From NCBI GenBank assembly GCA_964549145.1, contig CAZJUK010000001.1:2700-66699 (forward strand): 64,000 bases of DNA, given 5' to 3'. The position numbers were made by a program, and so were the translations under genes. Positions 10,213-21,668 of this stretch are shown piece by piece (positions within the stretch are counted from its first letter, which is position 1; the number at the start of each line of letters is the position of its first letter). The notes under the pieces were generated by a model that saw only the letters and a program-made list of their open reading frames with translations, searched no databases and had not been told where the DNA came from. Source of the stretch: an uncultured Methylophilaceae bacterium. GTDB taxonomy: Bacteria > Pseudomonadota > Gammaproteobacteria > Burkholderiales > Methylophilaceae.

Positions 10213-10842
10213 TTATGAGATTGTTTTGCTAACTATGCAAGTATTAATGTATTTTTGGTGTAGCTTGCCTATTTTTTCAACTAAGTTTCCAGCATTAGTA
10301 TCATTTTTTATTACGTCATCAGCCAATGCTAATCGGACTTGTCGAGATGGTTGTGCATTGATAATTTTCTTGATTTCTATTTCTGTTAATTGGCTTCTTT
10401 GCATGACACGATCGATTTGTGATTTTTCACCACAATCGACGACGAGAACACGATCAATTAATGAATAATATGATGAGTTTTTGGCTAGTAAAGGAATTTC
10501 TAAAATCACATAAGAGGCCTCTGAAGTTTTGTTAGATATTGCATGCAATGATTTTTTGACTTCATTATAAATGGCTGGATGTAAGATAGCGTTCAGTTTT
10601 TCACGTGCTTCCTTATCATTAAATACAAGGTCGCGCATGGCCGGACGGTTTATTGCATTATCGTTTGAAATAAAAGCTTCGCCGAACACGCTAGCAATTT
10701 TTTTCACTAGCGGTTGCTTTGCTGTGGTTAATTGGTGCGCAATCTTATCAAGATCAATGATGGCTACACCAAGCTCAGCAAAAAGTGCTGACACTGTAGA
10801 CTTGCCAGCACCAATACCACCAGTTAACGCTATCACATACAT
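10213..10842 (-). CDS. coaE: dephospho-CoA kinase
   Basis: P-loop LTGGIGAGKST at the N-terminus, ~200 aa, directly downstream of pilD. Confidence 0.92.
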   Translation of the reverse strand: MYVIALTGGIGAGKSTVSALFAELGVAIIDLDKIAHQLTTAKQPLVKKIASVFGEAFISNDNAINRPAMRDLVFNDKEAREKLNAILHPAIYNEVKKSLHAISNKTSEASYVILEIPLLAKNSSYYSLIDRVLVVDCGEKSQIDRVMQRSQLTEIEIKKIINAQPSRQVRLALADDVIKNDTNAGNLVEKIGKLHQKYINTCIVSKTIS

Positions 10843-10864
10843 AATTGAATTATTCTAGGCATAT

Positions 10865-11734
10865 CTAGATTAAATAATAGCCAGCTAATTGCTTACCAAA
10901 GAATAAAGCTGCAATACCACCTAAGGCTAGAAATGGGCCGAAGGGGATTGCGGTATTGCCATTTTTGTCTTGAAGTACAATTAAACCGATGCCGATAACT
11001 GCACCAACAACTGAGCTTAATAATATAACTGCTGGAATAAGTTGCCAGCCAAACCAAGCACCAATTGCTGCGAGTAATTTAAAATCACCGTAGCCCATGC
11101 CTTCTTTACCTGTTGCTAATTTAAACAGCCAATACACAGCCCATAAAATTAAATAACCAAGTATGGCGCCAATCACGGCTGATTTTAAGTCAGTAAAGCC
11201 CGTGTTTAAATTGAATATTAAGCCAAGCCAAAGTAATGGCAAAGTGATGTCATCAGGTAAAAGTTGAGTATCAAAATCAATAAATGTAAGTGTGATGAGT
11301 GCAAAGGTGAACACCCAAGCAAATAATGTTGTCATGCTGTAACCAAACTTATAAGCAACCAAACCAATCAGTAGTGCAGATAAGGCTTCAATTAACGGGT
11401 AGCGGATACTGATTTTAGTTTTGCAGCCTCTGCATTTTCCACCCAAAAATAAGTAACTTATAATTGGAATGTTCTCTAACGCAGTAATTTGGTGACCACA
11501 AGAGGGGCATGCAGAGCGCGGTGTCACTATATTATATTTAGGCTTTTCTGCTATCTCTTTTCCTTGTAGCTCTAAACAATTGTTGTGCCAAGAATGCTCC
11601 ATCATTTTTGGCAGCCTATGAATGATGACATTTAAAAAACTGCCGACCATCATGCCAAAAATAGCAGAAAAAATAACAAAGAAAGTAGGCTCAGCACGCA
11701 GCGCATCAGATAAAGGCAATAAAAAATCAAACAT
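10865..11734 (-). CDS. pilD: prepilin peptidase / N-methyltransferase (A24 family)
   Basis: 289 aa polytopic membrane protein. Cys motifs CPSCGH...CRGC in the cytoplasmic loop. Conserved Asp-containing GMGYGDFKLL segment. Confidence 0.92.
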   Translation of the reverse strand: MFDFLLPLSDALRAEPTFFVIFSAIFGMMVGSFLNVIIHRLPKMMEHSWHNNCLELQGKEIAEKPKYNIVTPRSACPSCGHQITALENIPIISYLFLGGKCRGCKTKISIRYPLIEALSALLIGLVAYKFGYSMTTLFAWVFTFALITLTFIDFDTQLLPDDITLPLLWLGLIFNLNTGFTDLKSAVIGAILGYLILWAVYWLFKLATGKEGMGYGDFKLLAAIGAWFGWQLIPAVILLSSVVGAVIGIGLIVLQDKNGNTAIPFGPFLALGGIAALFFGKQLAGYYLI

Positions 11735-11906
11735 AATGTTCTTTCAAAATAGACAAATAGCAAATCAATGTAAACTAATAACATCATGGCATTGTTAATT
11801 AATTGATGCAATGTTATGCATATGGCATAAATAATGCTTGAATTATGCAGCAATAGGCGCAATATAAATATTGATTTAAAAGTTTTAATTGCATGGAGCC
11901 AACATT

Positions 11907-12287
11907 ATGACTGACCAAGAAAATTTACAATCACAGATAAACGAATTGTTAGAGCTTAATGATTTTAGCCATCCTGAATGGGATGAGCCAATCGTTTGCC
12001 GAGTAGAGGTTGATTTGCCAGGTTGGTTGACACAGCTTGCAGGCGGTGATGCTTGGGAGGTATATAGTGAAGATGAAGATGAGACTTGCATTAGTTTTGC
12101 GATGCGCCAGGGTGCTGAATTATCTAAACCAAAATTAGCTGAGGTAACGCTTTATCATAATGGTTACGCTGTTGTCGATGTAGAGGGTAAAGCGCTTTTT
12201 GATGGCACACTAACTTCTGGCACCAGTAATTGTGCACATTTAAGTTATTACCATGCTGAAAGTGGCGAGCCAATCACGTTGAATTAA
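11907..12287 (+). CDS. hypothetical acidic cytoplasmic protein (no recognisable domain)
   Basis: ORF with a good RBS (GGAG 8 nt upstream of ATG 11907). No signal peptide and no motifs I recognise. Occupies the position where pilC/pilB normally lie. Confidence 0.5.
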   Translation: MTDQENLQSQINELLELNDFSHPEWDEPIVCRVEVDLPGWLTQLAGGDAWEVYSEDEDETCISFAMRQGAELSKPKLAEVTLYHNGYAVVDVEGKALFDGTLTSGTSNCAHLSYYHAESGEPITLN

Positions 12288-12322
12288 ACGGGTGCTTTTG
12301 ATTTAGGTTATTTTTAATAGCT

Positions 12323-13294
12323 TTAGTAAAAACGCTGCACCGAAAAGTTAGCTAGTTGCACTAATGCTTTTTTGTAAGGCGATTCTGCAAAATGATTAAT
12401 CGCTTCACAAGCCCTTTGTGACTCTTGCTTAGCTAGGTTAAGGACATAGGTAGAGGCATTAGTTGCTTTTACAGCGCTGATAACTGCAGGAATTTCATTT
12501 GCACCGCCACCTTCTATTGCTTTGCGAATAAGCGCTGCTTGTTCTGCTTGACTATGTTGCATTGCATAAAGTAAAGGTAATGTCGGTTTGCCTTCAGCTA
12601 AATCATCACCGAGGTTTTTACCTATTTTCTCTGCATCGCCACTTAAATCTAATACATCATCTACTAGCTGAAATGCGGTGCCTAAATGCATCCCATAGAG
12701 GGATAAAGCATCTTCATCTGTTGTATTGGTATTGGGGTTTATTACCGCGCCTAGTCTTGCCGCTGCTTCAAATAACTTGGCAGTTTTGTAATGAATTACT
12801 TTGATAAAGTCCTCTTCGCTGACATCAGCGTTATGTAGATTAAGCAATTGCAACACTTCACCTTCAGCAATCACGTTGGTTGCCTCAGATAAAATCTCCA
12901 TTACCTGCATGTTTTGCAATTTCACCATCATCTGAAAAGCACGAGAATATAAAAAATCACCAACGAGAACGCTTGCAGGGTTGCCAAACATGTGGTTTGC
13001 AGTGCTTTTGCCACGCCGCATCTGTGATTCATCCACCACATCGTCGTGTAATAGCGTTGCAGTGTGAATGAACTCAATGATTGCTGCAAGCTGGTGCTGC
13101 TCTGAACCGATTTCACCGAACAAGCCGCTAGAGAGTAAAACTAGCATAGGTCGAATACGCTTGCCGCCACTTTCAATAATATGCTCACCGACCGTGTTAA
13201 CTAGTGGCACTTCCGATTTGAGTGATTGACGGATTATTGTGTTTACCGCCTTCATATCATCTAGGACATGAAATTCAATTTTATTTAGGGTCAC
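12323..13294 (-). CDS. ispB: octaprenyl-diphosphate synthase (polyprenyl synthetase)
   Basis: Two DDxxD motifs (LLHDDVVDES and FQLVDDVLD). Divergent from rplU, as in many Proteobacteria. Confidence 0.93.
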   Translation of the reverse strand: MTLNKIEFHVLDDMKAVNTIIRQSLKSEVPLVNTVGEHIIESGGKRIRPMLVLLSSGLFGEIGSEQHQLAAIIEFIHTATLLHDDVVDESQMRRGKSTANHMFGNPASVLVGDFLYSRAFQMMVKLQNMQVMEILSEATNVIAEGEVLQLLNLHNADVSEEDFIKVIHYKTAKLFEAAARLGAVINPNTNTTDEDALSLYGMHLGTAFQLVDDVLDLSGDAEKIGKNLGDDLAEGKPTLPLLYAMQHSQAEQAALIRKAIEGGGANEIPAVISAVKATNASTYVLNLAKQESQRACEAINHFAESPYKKALVQLANFSVQRFY

Positions 13295-13415
13295 TTTTAT
13301 TAAGAGTCGCTTAGATTGGCTTACTTGTTATAGCTCGTAATTTTGGTTGATTATTTTATCATAGTCAATAGGAGGCTTATTGGAATACAATAAGGTTAAA
13401 ACAATTTATATTAGT

Positions 13416-13443
13416 TTGCTAAAACCCATAAATTAAGTATAAT
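13416..13443 (+). promoter_or_regulatory. candidate sigma70 promoter of rplU-rpmA
   Basis: TTGCTA (13416-13421), 16-nt spacer, TATAAT (13438-13443), about 40 nt upstream of the rplU ATG. Confidence 0.5.
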
Positions 13444-13481
13444 GCGCAGTTCATTTGAACGTGTAGAATCAAGGCAAAATC

Positions 13482-13919
13482 ATGTACGCAGTTATTAAAA
13501 CAGGTGGTAAGCAATATAAAGTTTCTTCTGGTGAGAAGCTTAAGGTTGAAAAATTAGGTGGCGATGTCGGTAGTAAGATCGTTATGGACAGCGTGCTTAT
13601 GCTTGCTGATGGTGAGGACGTAACGATCGGTTCGCCATTAATTGCAGGCGCAGTCGTTAATGCAACAATTGTCAGTCACGGTCGTGGCGACAAGATAAAG
13701 ATTTTTAAATTTAGCCGTCGTAAACATTATCGTAAAACACAAGGACATCGTCAAAGCTATACAGAAATTTTGATCGATAACTTGAATGGTAAAGGCGCAG
13801 CTAAAACGGCTGCAACGAAACCAGCAGGCAAAAAAGCAGCTGTAGCAAAGCCAGCAGCCAAAAAAGCGACTGCAGCTAAGCCAGCAGCCAAAAAAGCTGC
13901 AGTAACGATAGCAGAGTAA
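13482..13919 (+). CDS. rplU: 50S ribosomal protein L21 with a 42-aa Lys/Ala/Pro-rich C-terminal tail
   Basis: Residues 1-103 are canonical bL21 ([14 protein letters not shown]...). Residues 104-145 read [42 protein letters not shown]. Confidence 0.95.
   Translation: MYAVIKTGGKQYKVSSGEKLKVEKLGGDVGSKIVMDSVLMLADGEDVTIGSPLIAGAVVNATIVSHGRGDKIKIFKFSRRKHYRKTQGHRQSYTEILIDNLNGKGAAKTAATKPAGKKAAVAKPAAKKATAAKPAAKKAAVTIAE
13818..13907 (+). repeat. three tandem ~30-nt repeats encoding KPA(A/G)KKA units in the L21 tail
   Basis: The unit aa(a/g)ccagcag(g/c)caaaaaagc recurs at 13818, 13848 and 13878, a period of 30 nt. Confidence 0.8.
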
Positions 13920-13948
13920 ATTTTAAAGTTTTAGTTTAAGGATAAATA

Positions 13949-14206
13949 ATGGCACACAAAAAAGCAGGCGGTAGTTCTAGAAACGGTCGCGACTCAGAAT
14001 CCAAACGATTAGGCGTAAAAGCATTTGGTGAGCAATTTGTTTCTGCGGGTAGTATTATTGTTCGTCAACGCGGTACTAAAATGCATGCGGGCGATAATGT
14101 TGGAATGGGTAAAGACCACACACTATTTGCTAAAGCAGATGGTAAAGTTTGTTTTACTACAAAAGGTCCATTAAAGCGTCACATGGTGAATGTAGTTACT
14201 GCTTAA
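13949..14206 (+). CDS. rpmA: 50S ribosomal protein L27
   Basis: [24 protein letters not shown]... is the canonical bL27 N-terminus. 85 aa. Confidence 0.97.
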   Translation: MAHKKAGGSSRNGRDSESKRLGVKAFGEQFVSAGSIIVRQRGTKMHAGDNVGMGKDHTLFAKADGKVCFTTKGPLKRHMVNVVTA

Positions 14207-14221
14207 GAAAGATGCTTAAAT

Positions 14222-14251
14222 AAAAAGCCCTGCCTTAGGTAGGGCTTTTTT
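14222..14251 (+). terminator. Rho-independent terminator after rpmA
   Basis: AGCCCTGCC-TTA-GGTAGGGCT hairpin (9 bp, one G-U pair) followed by TTTTTT. Confidence 0.75.
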
Positions 14252-14307
14252 ATTTTAAATCTTGAATACATTTAGGAGTGAGAAAATATGTTAGTTGGTT
14301 TGACTAG

Positions 14308-16486
<2,179 letters not shown>

Positions 16487-16562
16487 CAATTGTTATATTT
16501 GGCTTTATTAAAATAAGCCGTTTAATTTAAAATCTAATGCAGAAAGATGTTTAAGGAAGATA

Positions 16563-17060
16563 ATGAAAAATAAACCTTTAGTTGCCATTATTATGGGCTC
16601 AAGTAGTGATTGGCCGACCATGATAAATGCCGCGAAAATGCTAGCAGATTTTGGCATACCTTATGAAGCTAAAGTTATTTCTGCGCATAGAACTCCAGAT
16701 TTAATGATGGACTTTGCGCAAAATGCCGTTATTGAAGGGTATCAAGTCATTATTGCTGGTGCTGGTGGCGCTGCGCATTTGCCTGGCATGGTAGCCTCTA
16801 AAACTACACTTCCAGTACTAGGGGTGCCTGTTGCTAGTAAGCATTTGCAAGGTCAAGACTCATTGCTTTCTATCGTACAAATGCCAAAAGGTGTACCAGT
16901 AGCTACATTTGCGATTGGTGATTCTGGCGCTGCAAATGCAGGTTTGTTTGCAGTGTCTATTTTAGCTAATCATGATGTTGCCTTATTAGAAAAGTTAAAC
17001 GAATATCGCGTTAATCAAACAGAAAAAGCAAAATCAATGGAGTTGGAAGGTCAACCATGA
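16563..17060 (+). CDS. purE: 5-(carboxyamino)imidazole ribonucleotide mutase
   Basis: 165 aa with [11 protein letters not shown] and [13 protein letters not shown] motifs. Confidence 0.96.
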   Translation: MKNKPLVAIIMGSSSDWPTMINAAKMLADFGIPYEAKVISAHRTPDLMMDFAQNAVIEGYQVIIAGAGGAAHLPGMVASKTTLPVLGVPVASKHLQGQDSLLSIVQMPKGVPVATFAIGDSGAANAGLFAVSILANHDVALLEKLNEYRVNQTEKAKSMELEGQP

Positions 17061-18199
17061 AATTAACACGCGTTAGTCCTCCAGCCATGTTAGGTATTTT
17101 AGGTGGTGGCCAATTGGGTCGGTTTTTTGTGATTGCAGCGCATGAGATGGGCTATCAAGTAACTGTTTTAGATCCTGATAAAAATAGCCCAGCAGGAAAA
17201 ATTGCTGAGTTGCATTTATGCAAAGATTTCGATGATCAAACTGCGTTATCTGCCATGGCGGAAACCTGCCTAGCAGTTACTACTGAATTTGAAAATGTAC
17301 CAGCAGCCTCTTTAGCAAAAATAGCTGAATCGGTCACTGTTAGCCCGTCAGCGGATAGTGTTTCCATTGCACAAAATCGTATACTAGAAAAAAACTTTAT
17401 TAAGCAAGCTGGCTTTCCTGTGGCACCTTTTGTTGAAATTAATCAATTAGATGATTTGCCTGCGGATGATGCAGTGCTTTATCCGGGTATATTGAAAGTG
17501 GCAAGATTCGGCTATGACGGCAAAGGTCAAGCGCGTGTAAAGAACAAAGCTGAAGCGATGGCTGCGTTTAATGTATTTAAACAAGAAGCATGTGTTTTAG
17601 AACAAATGATGCCACTCGATTTAGAAGTTTCAGTGGTGTTAGCACGTGATGCTCTAGGAAATGAGGTAAGCTTTCCGACAGCAGAAAATGCGCATCTCAA
17701 TGGTATTTTAGACATGAGTATTGTGCCTGCAAGATGCTCAGAGCTTATAAAAGCCAATGCACAAGAGCTAGCAAAACAACTCGCTGAAAAACTAAATTAT
17801 GTTGGAGTGCTGGGCGTAGAATTTTTTGTGGTTAATAATCAGCTTTTAGTCAATGAAATTGCACCTCGCCCGCATAATTCTGGTCACTACACTATTGATG
17901 CTTGTACAACGAATCAGTTTGAGCAGCAAGTAAGAGTGATGACTGGTTTAACGCTAGGCGACCCGCATTTAAATAGCAGTGTGGTCATGGTGAATATTTT
18001 AGGTGATAGCTGGGTGAATGATAATGAGCCTGCTTGGCATAAGGCATTTGATCACCCAAGTTTAAAATTACATTTATACGGTAAACAAGCGCCACGTAAA
18101 GGCAGAAAAATGGGCCATTTCACAGTGCTAGACAAGAGTGGAAAAGAGGCCTTAAATAAAGCATTGATTGCGCGTAGCGAGTTAAATATTGGTAGTTAA
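17057..18199 (+). CDS. purK: 5-(carboxyamino)imidazole ribonucleotide synthase
   Basis: ATP-grasp protein (ILGGGQLGR..., GYDGKGQ..., [12 protein letters not shown]). Its start overlaps the purE stop (ATGA). Confidence 0.95.
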   Translation: MKLTRVSPPAMLGILGGGQLGRFFVIAAHEMGYQVTVLDPDKNSPAGKIAELHLCKDFDDQTALSAMAETCLAVTTEFENVPAASLAKIAESVTVSPSADSVSIAQNRILEKNFIKQAGFPVAPFVEINQLDDLPADDAVLYPGILKVARFGYDGKGQARVKNKAEAMAAFNVFKQEACVLEQMMPLDLEVSVVLARDALGNEVSFPTAENAHLNGILDMSIVPARCSELIKANAQELAKQLAEKLNYVGVLGVEFFVVNNQLLVNEIAPRPHNSGHYTIDACTTNQFEQQVRVMTGLTLGDPHLNSSVVMVNILGDSWVNDNEPAWHKAFDHPSLKLHLYGKQAPRKGRKMGHFTVLDKSGKEALNKALIARSELNIGS

Positions 18200-18231
18200 A
18201 TAAACGGATTTGTTTCAATTAAGTAAGTATT

Positions 18232-18259
18232 AAAAAAGCCGAGCAATGCTCGGCTTTTT
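18232..18259. terminator. bidirectional Rho-independent terminator between purK and rpsT
   Basis: AAAAAA-AGCCGAGC-AAT-GCTCGGCT-TTTTT. Perfect 8-bp stem flanked by an A-run and a T-run, between convergent genes. Confidence 0.85.
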
Positions 18260-18276
18260 AGTACTGCTGGGAAAGT

Positions 18277-18885
18277 TTATTTTCCGCCGTCTAGTTTGTC
18301 TTGAAGCGTTTTTAACTCATCCATTTTCCCATCACGAGCTAGTGCAGCTTGCTGTGGCCATGAATCAGGTTTGTGCATTGCGTAGCGTGAGCCAGCAGCT
18401 TCCAATACTGAAGATAGCTTTTCTATTTTGGCGCTTGCCAAATCAGCAAAACTAGCAATGCCATCAGCAGCAAGTAATTCAGCAATCTTAGGACCAATGC
18501 CCTCAATCGTTGTTAACTTGTCTGCTTTCGCAGCAGCAGGTTTTTTAGCTGCAGCAGGTTTTTTTGTAGCTGCTTTTGCTGCAGGTGCTTTTTTAACTGG
18601 AGTGGCCACTTTAGGAGCTTTGCCGTCCATTGCTTTAATTGCAGCACTTAAACGGCTTTTATGCCTAGCAGCTTTGTTTTTATGAATAATCTTTTTGTCT
18701 GCAATGCGGTCAATCACATTTACGTTTGCATTAAAAGCCTCTGTTGCAGCGGTTTTATCACCAGATTCGATCGCTTTAGCAATGTTTTTAATTGCGGTAC
18801 GCAAAGTTGAGCGTAATGCAGCGTTATGTGCATTTATTTTAACGGATTGGCGCGCGCGTTTGCGAGCTTGTGCTGTATTTGCCAT
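18277..18885 (-). CDS. rpsT: 30S ribosomal protein S20 fused to a Lys/Ala/Pro-rich linker and a helix-hairpin-helix-like C-terminal domain
   Basis: Residues 1-86 are canonical bS20 ([16 protein letters not shown]...[19 protein letters not shown]; nt 18628-18885). Residues 87-121 are the linker [33 protein letters not shown]. Residues 122-202 (nt 18280-18522) contain [20 protein letters not shown] (GIGPK HhH motif). One uninterrupted 202-aa ORF. Confidence 0.9.
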   Translation of the reverse strand: MANTAQARKRARQSVKINAHNAALRSTLRTAIKNIAKAIESGDKTAATEAFNANVNVIDRIADKKIIHKNKAARHKSRLSAAIKAMDGKAPKVATPVKKAPAAKAATKKPAAAKKPAAAKADKLTTIEGIGPKIAELLAADGIASFADLASAKIEKLSSVLEAAGSRYAMHKPDSWPQQAALARDGKMDELKTLQDKLDGGK

Positions 18886-18931
18886 GTGTGCTTTTTCCTA
18901 ATGCTTGTCTATGTTGAATACGAAACCGTGC

Positions 18932-18960
18932 ATAATAGTGTTTTTTAACTGTTTTTGCAA
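18932..18960 (-). promoter_or_regulatory. candidate sigma70 promoter of rpsT
   Basis: On the reverse strand: TTGCAA, 17-nt spacer, TATTAT, about 45 nt upstream of the rpsT start. Confidence 0.5.
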
Positions 18961-19173
18961 GAACTAATAGAGAATCTCTTTTAAAAATCAATGGTTGCAT
19001 GTAAGCAAATGATATTAACATTTTTAATTGCGATTGTTTCCAAATAAAACAATCTTAAATACTGTTAAAAAGCTTGCCTAACACACCGATCAAATATTAA
19101 TCGAATCGTTTGGCTCGTGTCTTTATCCAGTGTAAGCATGCTAAAATCACAGCACTTTCAAACACCCTTTGCT

Positions 19174-20718
19174 ATGAACTTACTTAAAGCGCTCACTACC
19201 ATAGGCAGCATGACATTTTTATCGCGGATATTAGGGTTTGTGCGCGACACATTAATTGCGCGAATTTTTGGTGCTGGCATGCTAACTGATGCGTTTTTTG
19301 TGGCATTTAAAATTCCAAATTTATTACGTCGCATCTCTGCAGAAGGTGCATTTAGTCAGGCTTTTGTACCAATTTTAGCTGAGTATAAAAATAAACGTAG
19401 TGTCGATGATACAAAAAATTTAATTAACCATGTCACGACTTTTCTGGGTTTCTTTTTAGTCGTGTTAACCATTTTAGGCATGTTAGCCGCTCCTTGGATT
19501 GTGCAAATAACAGCGCCTGGCTTCGCTGCTGATGCGACAAAATTTGACCTAACGGTTGAGTTGTTGCGGATTACCTTTCCCTATATATTCTTTATCTCAT
19601 TAGTTTCTTTAGCTGGCGGGGTACTCAATACTTTTGGCAACTTCTCTGTACCTGCGTTTACCCCTGTTTGGCTTAATATTTCTTTTATAATAGCAGTCTT
19701 GTTTGTAGCGCCTTACTTTGATAATGCTATTCATGTATTGGCTTGGGCAGTATTTGTTGGTGGCATTTTGCAATTGATATATCAGCTTCCTTTCTTATAT
19801 CAACTAGGTTTAATTCCAAAATTTCGGTTGAACGTTAAGGATGAAGGTGTATGGCGTATTTTAAAACTAATGGGTCCTGCAATTTTTGGTGTTTCAATCG
19901 CACAAGTTTCATTACTTATCAACACGATCATCGCTTCATTATTGGTTAGCGGCAGCGTTTCATGGCTTTACTATGCTGATCGTTTAATGGAGTTTCCAAC
20001 AGGCATATTAGGGGTGGCACTTGGCACCATTTTGTTACCTAGTTTATCAAAAAGTGTCGCTGATAATAATATTGAAGAATACTCCCTGTTATTAGACTGG
20101 GGATTGCGGTTGACCTTCATGCTAGCATTGCCGGCTGCAGTTGCGTTAGCCGTGTTAGCCACACCTTTGGTGGCGGGCCTGTTTCATTATGGCAAGTTTG
20201 ATGCACATGATGTTGAGATGACACGCCATGCGCTGCAAGCTTATAGCTTGGGTTTAATTGGTTTGATTTTAGTTAAAATATTAGCACCTGCATTTTATTC
20301 ACGACAAAACATTAAAACCCCAGTCAAAATTGCGATATTTACTTTAATTGCCACACAGTTGATGAATATTGTATTTGTATTTATATTGGATTTTAAACAT
20401 ATGGGTTTAGCCTTATCTATTGGCTTAGGCGCATGCTTAAATGCAGGTTTTCTGTATTACCATTTACGCAAAGGCAAGCTGTTTACCCCACAGCCTGGTT
20501 GGTTGTTATTTATGATTAAGCTTGTTGTTGGCGCGAGTCTGATGGCGATTGCCTTGCAATACACTGCGGGAAGCCACCAGACTTGGCTCGGCTACACTGT
20601 GTTGCCCAAGCTAGGCCATTTGGCTATGCTTGTTGTATTGGGTTCGGTAGTCTATTTTTCAGCGCTATTTTTCATGGGTATACGCGTACAAGACTTCATG
20701 CGACGAACTCAACTATAG
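19174..20718 (+). CDS. murJ: lipid II flippase MurJ (MviN)
   Basis: Polytopic membrane protein with the typical N-terminus [25 protein letters not shown]. Start moved to ATG 19174. Confidence 0.93.
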   Translation: MNLLKALTTIGSMTFLSRILGFVRDTLIARIFGAGMLTDAFFVAFKIPNLLRRISAEGAFSQAFVPILAEYKNKRSVDDTKNLINHVTTFLGFFLVVLTILGMLAAPWIVQITAPGFAADATKFDLTVELLRITFPYIFFISLVSLAGGVLNTFGNFSVPAFTPVWLNISFIIAVLFVAPYFDNAIHVLAWAVFVGGILQLIYQLPFLYQLGLIPKFRLNVKDEGVWRILKLMGPAIFGVSIAQVSLLINTIIASLLVSGSVSWLYYADRLMEFPTGILGVALGTILLPSLSKSVADNNIEEYSLLLDWGLRLTFMLALPAAVALAVLATPLVAGLFHYGKFDAHDVEMTRHALQAYSLGLIGLILVKILAPAFYSRQNIKTPVKIAIFTLIATQLMNIVFVFILDFKHMGLALSIGLGACLNAGFLYYHLRKGKLFTPQPGWLLFMIKLVVGASLMAIALQYTAGSHQTWLGYTVLPKLGHLAMLVVLGSVVYFSALFFMGIRVQDFMRRTQL

Positions 20719-20741
20719 CAATAATTATCCAGCGAAACATT

Positions 20742-21668
20742 ATGCACATTTCCCGTCATTTACCCACGCATCATCAACAGCCTTTAGCGTTGGCTATTGG
20801 TAATTTTGACGGTCTGCATTTAGGCCATCAAGCGATACTAACTAAACTGGTTGAAGAAGCTAAGCAAAAGCAATGTGTTCCGGCAGTCATGACTTTTGAA
20901 CCTCATCCGAGGGAATATTTCACGCCAGATCAAGCTCCTGCAAGGCTGTCTTCTTTACGAGAAAAGTTAGAGTATTTTAAAGAAGTTGGGATAGAAGAAG
21001 TATTTATTTGTCGTTTCAATCAAGCTTTTGCTGCTATTAGCGCACAAGACTTTATGCAAAGAATGCTTCGGTCATCGCTTAATGCAAATACCATTTTAGT
21101 GGGTGGTGATTTTTGTTTTGGCGCAAAGCGACAAGGCACAATACAGAGCTTACTTGACGCAGATTTTGATTTAATTGATTTTCCTGCGGTAACCATTGCT
21201 AATGAGCGGGTGTCTAGTACCTTAGTGCGTAATGCCTTGTCTGATGGTGAGTTATTAAAAGCAGAAAATTATTTAGGCCGCCCTTATAGCATTAGCGGCA
21301 AAGTGGTCCACGGTGCAAAACGCGGTCGGGAAATTGGTTATCCCACGGCAAATGTGCATATGCGACACGAGCGACCTGCCTTAACGGGCGTTTATGCAGT
21401 AAAATTGCGCCTAAGCAATACTGCAAGCATAAAATCTATCCCAATGAATGGGGTAGCAAATTTAGGTGTGCGACCGACAATTGTGGGTGTGCCTAAATTA
21501 TTATTAGAAGTTTATCTATTTGATTTCAATGGAGATTTGTACGATCAGCAAGTGCAAGTAAAGTTTTGTCAGAAAGTACGCGATGAAATCAAATTTGATG
21601 GTTTAACAGCATTGAAAGCGCAAATTGCACAAGATGTAATTGTAGCAACAGATTATTTTAAGAAATGA
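20742..21668 (+). CDS. ribF: bifunctional riboflavin kinase / FMN adenylyltransferase
   Basis: [11 protein letters not shown] nucleotidyltransferase motif. C-terminal riboflavin kinase ([26 protein letters not shown]). Start moved to ATG 20742; the ORF-track start lies inside murJ. Confidence 0.94.
   Translation: MHISRHLPTHHQQPLALAIGNFDGLHLGHQAILTKLVEEAKQKQCVPAVMTFEPHPREYFTPDQAPARLSSLREKLEYFKEVGIEEVFICRFNQAFAAISAQDFMQRMLRSSLNANTILVGGDFCFGAKRQGTIQSLLDADFDLIDFPAVTIANERVSSTLVRNALSDGELLKAENYLGRPYSISGKVVHGAKRGREIGYPTANVHMRHERPALTGVYAVKLRLSNTASIKSIPMNGVANLGVRPTIVGVPKLLLEVYLFDFNGDLYDQQVQVKFCQKVRDEIKFDGLTALKAQIAQDVIVATDYFKK

Noticed and set aside
16510-16535. Weak hairpin GGCTT-N8-AAGCC after proB, considered as a terminator.
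   Set aside because: The stem is only 5 bp with a poor T-tract, which is insufficient support.
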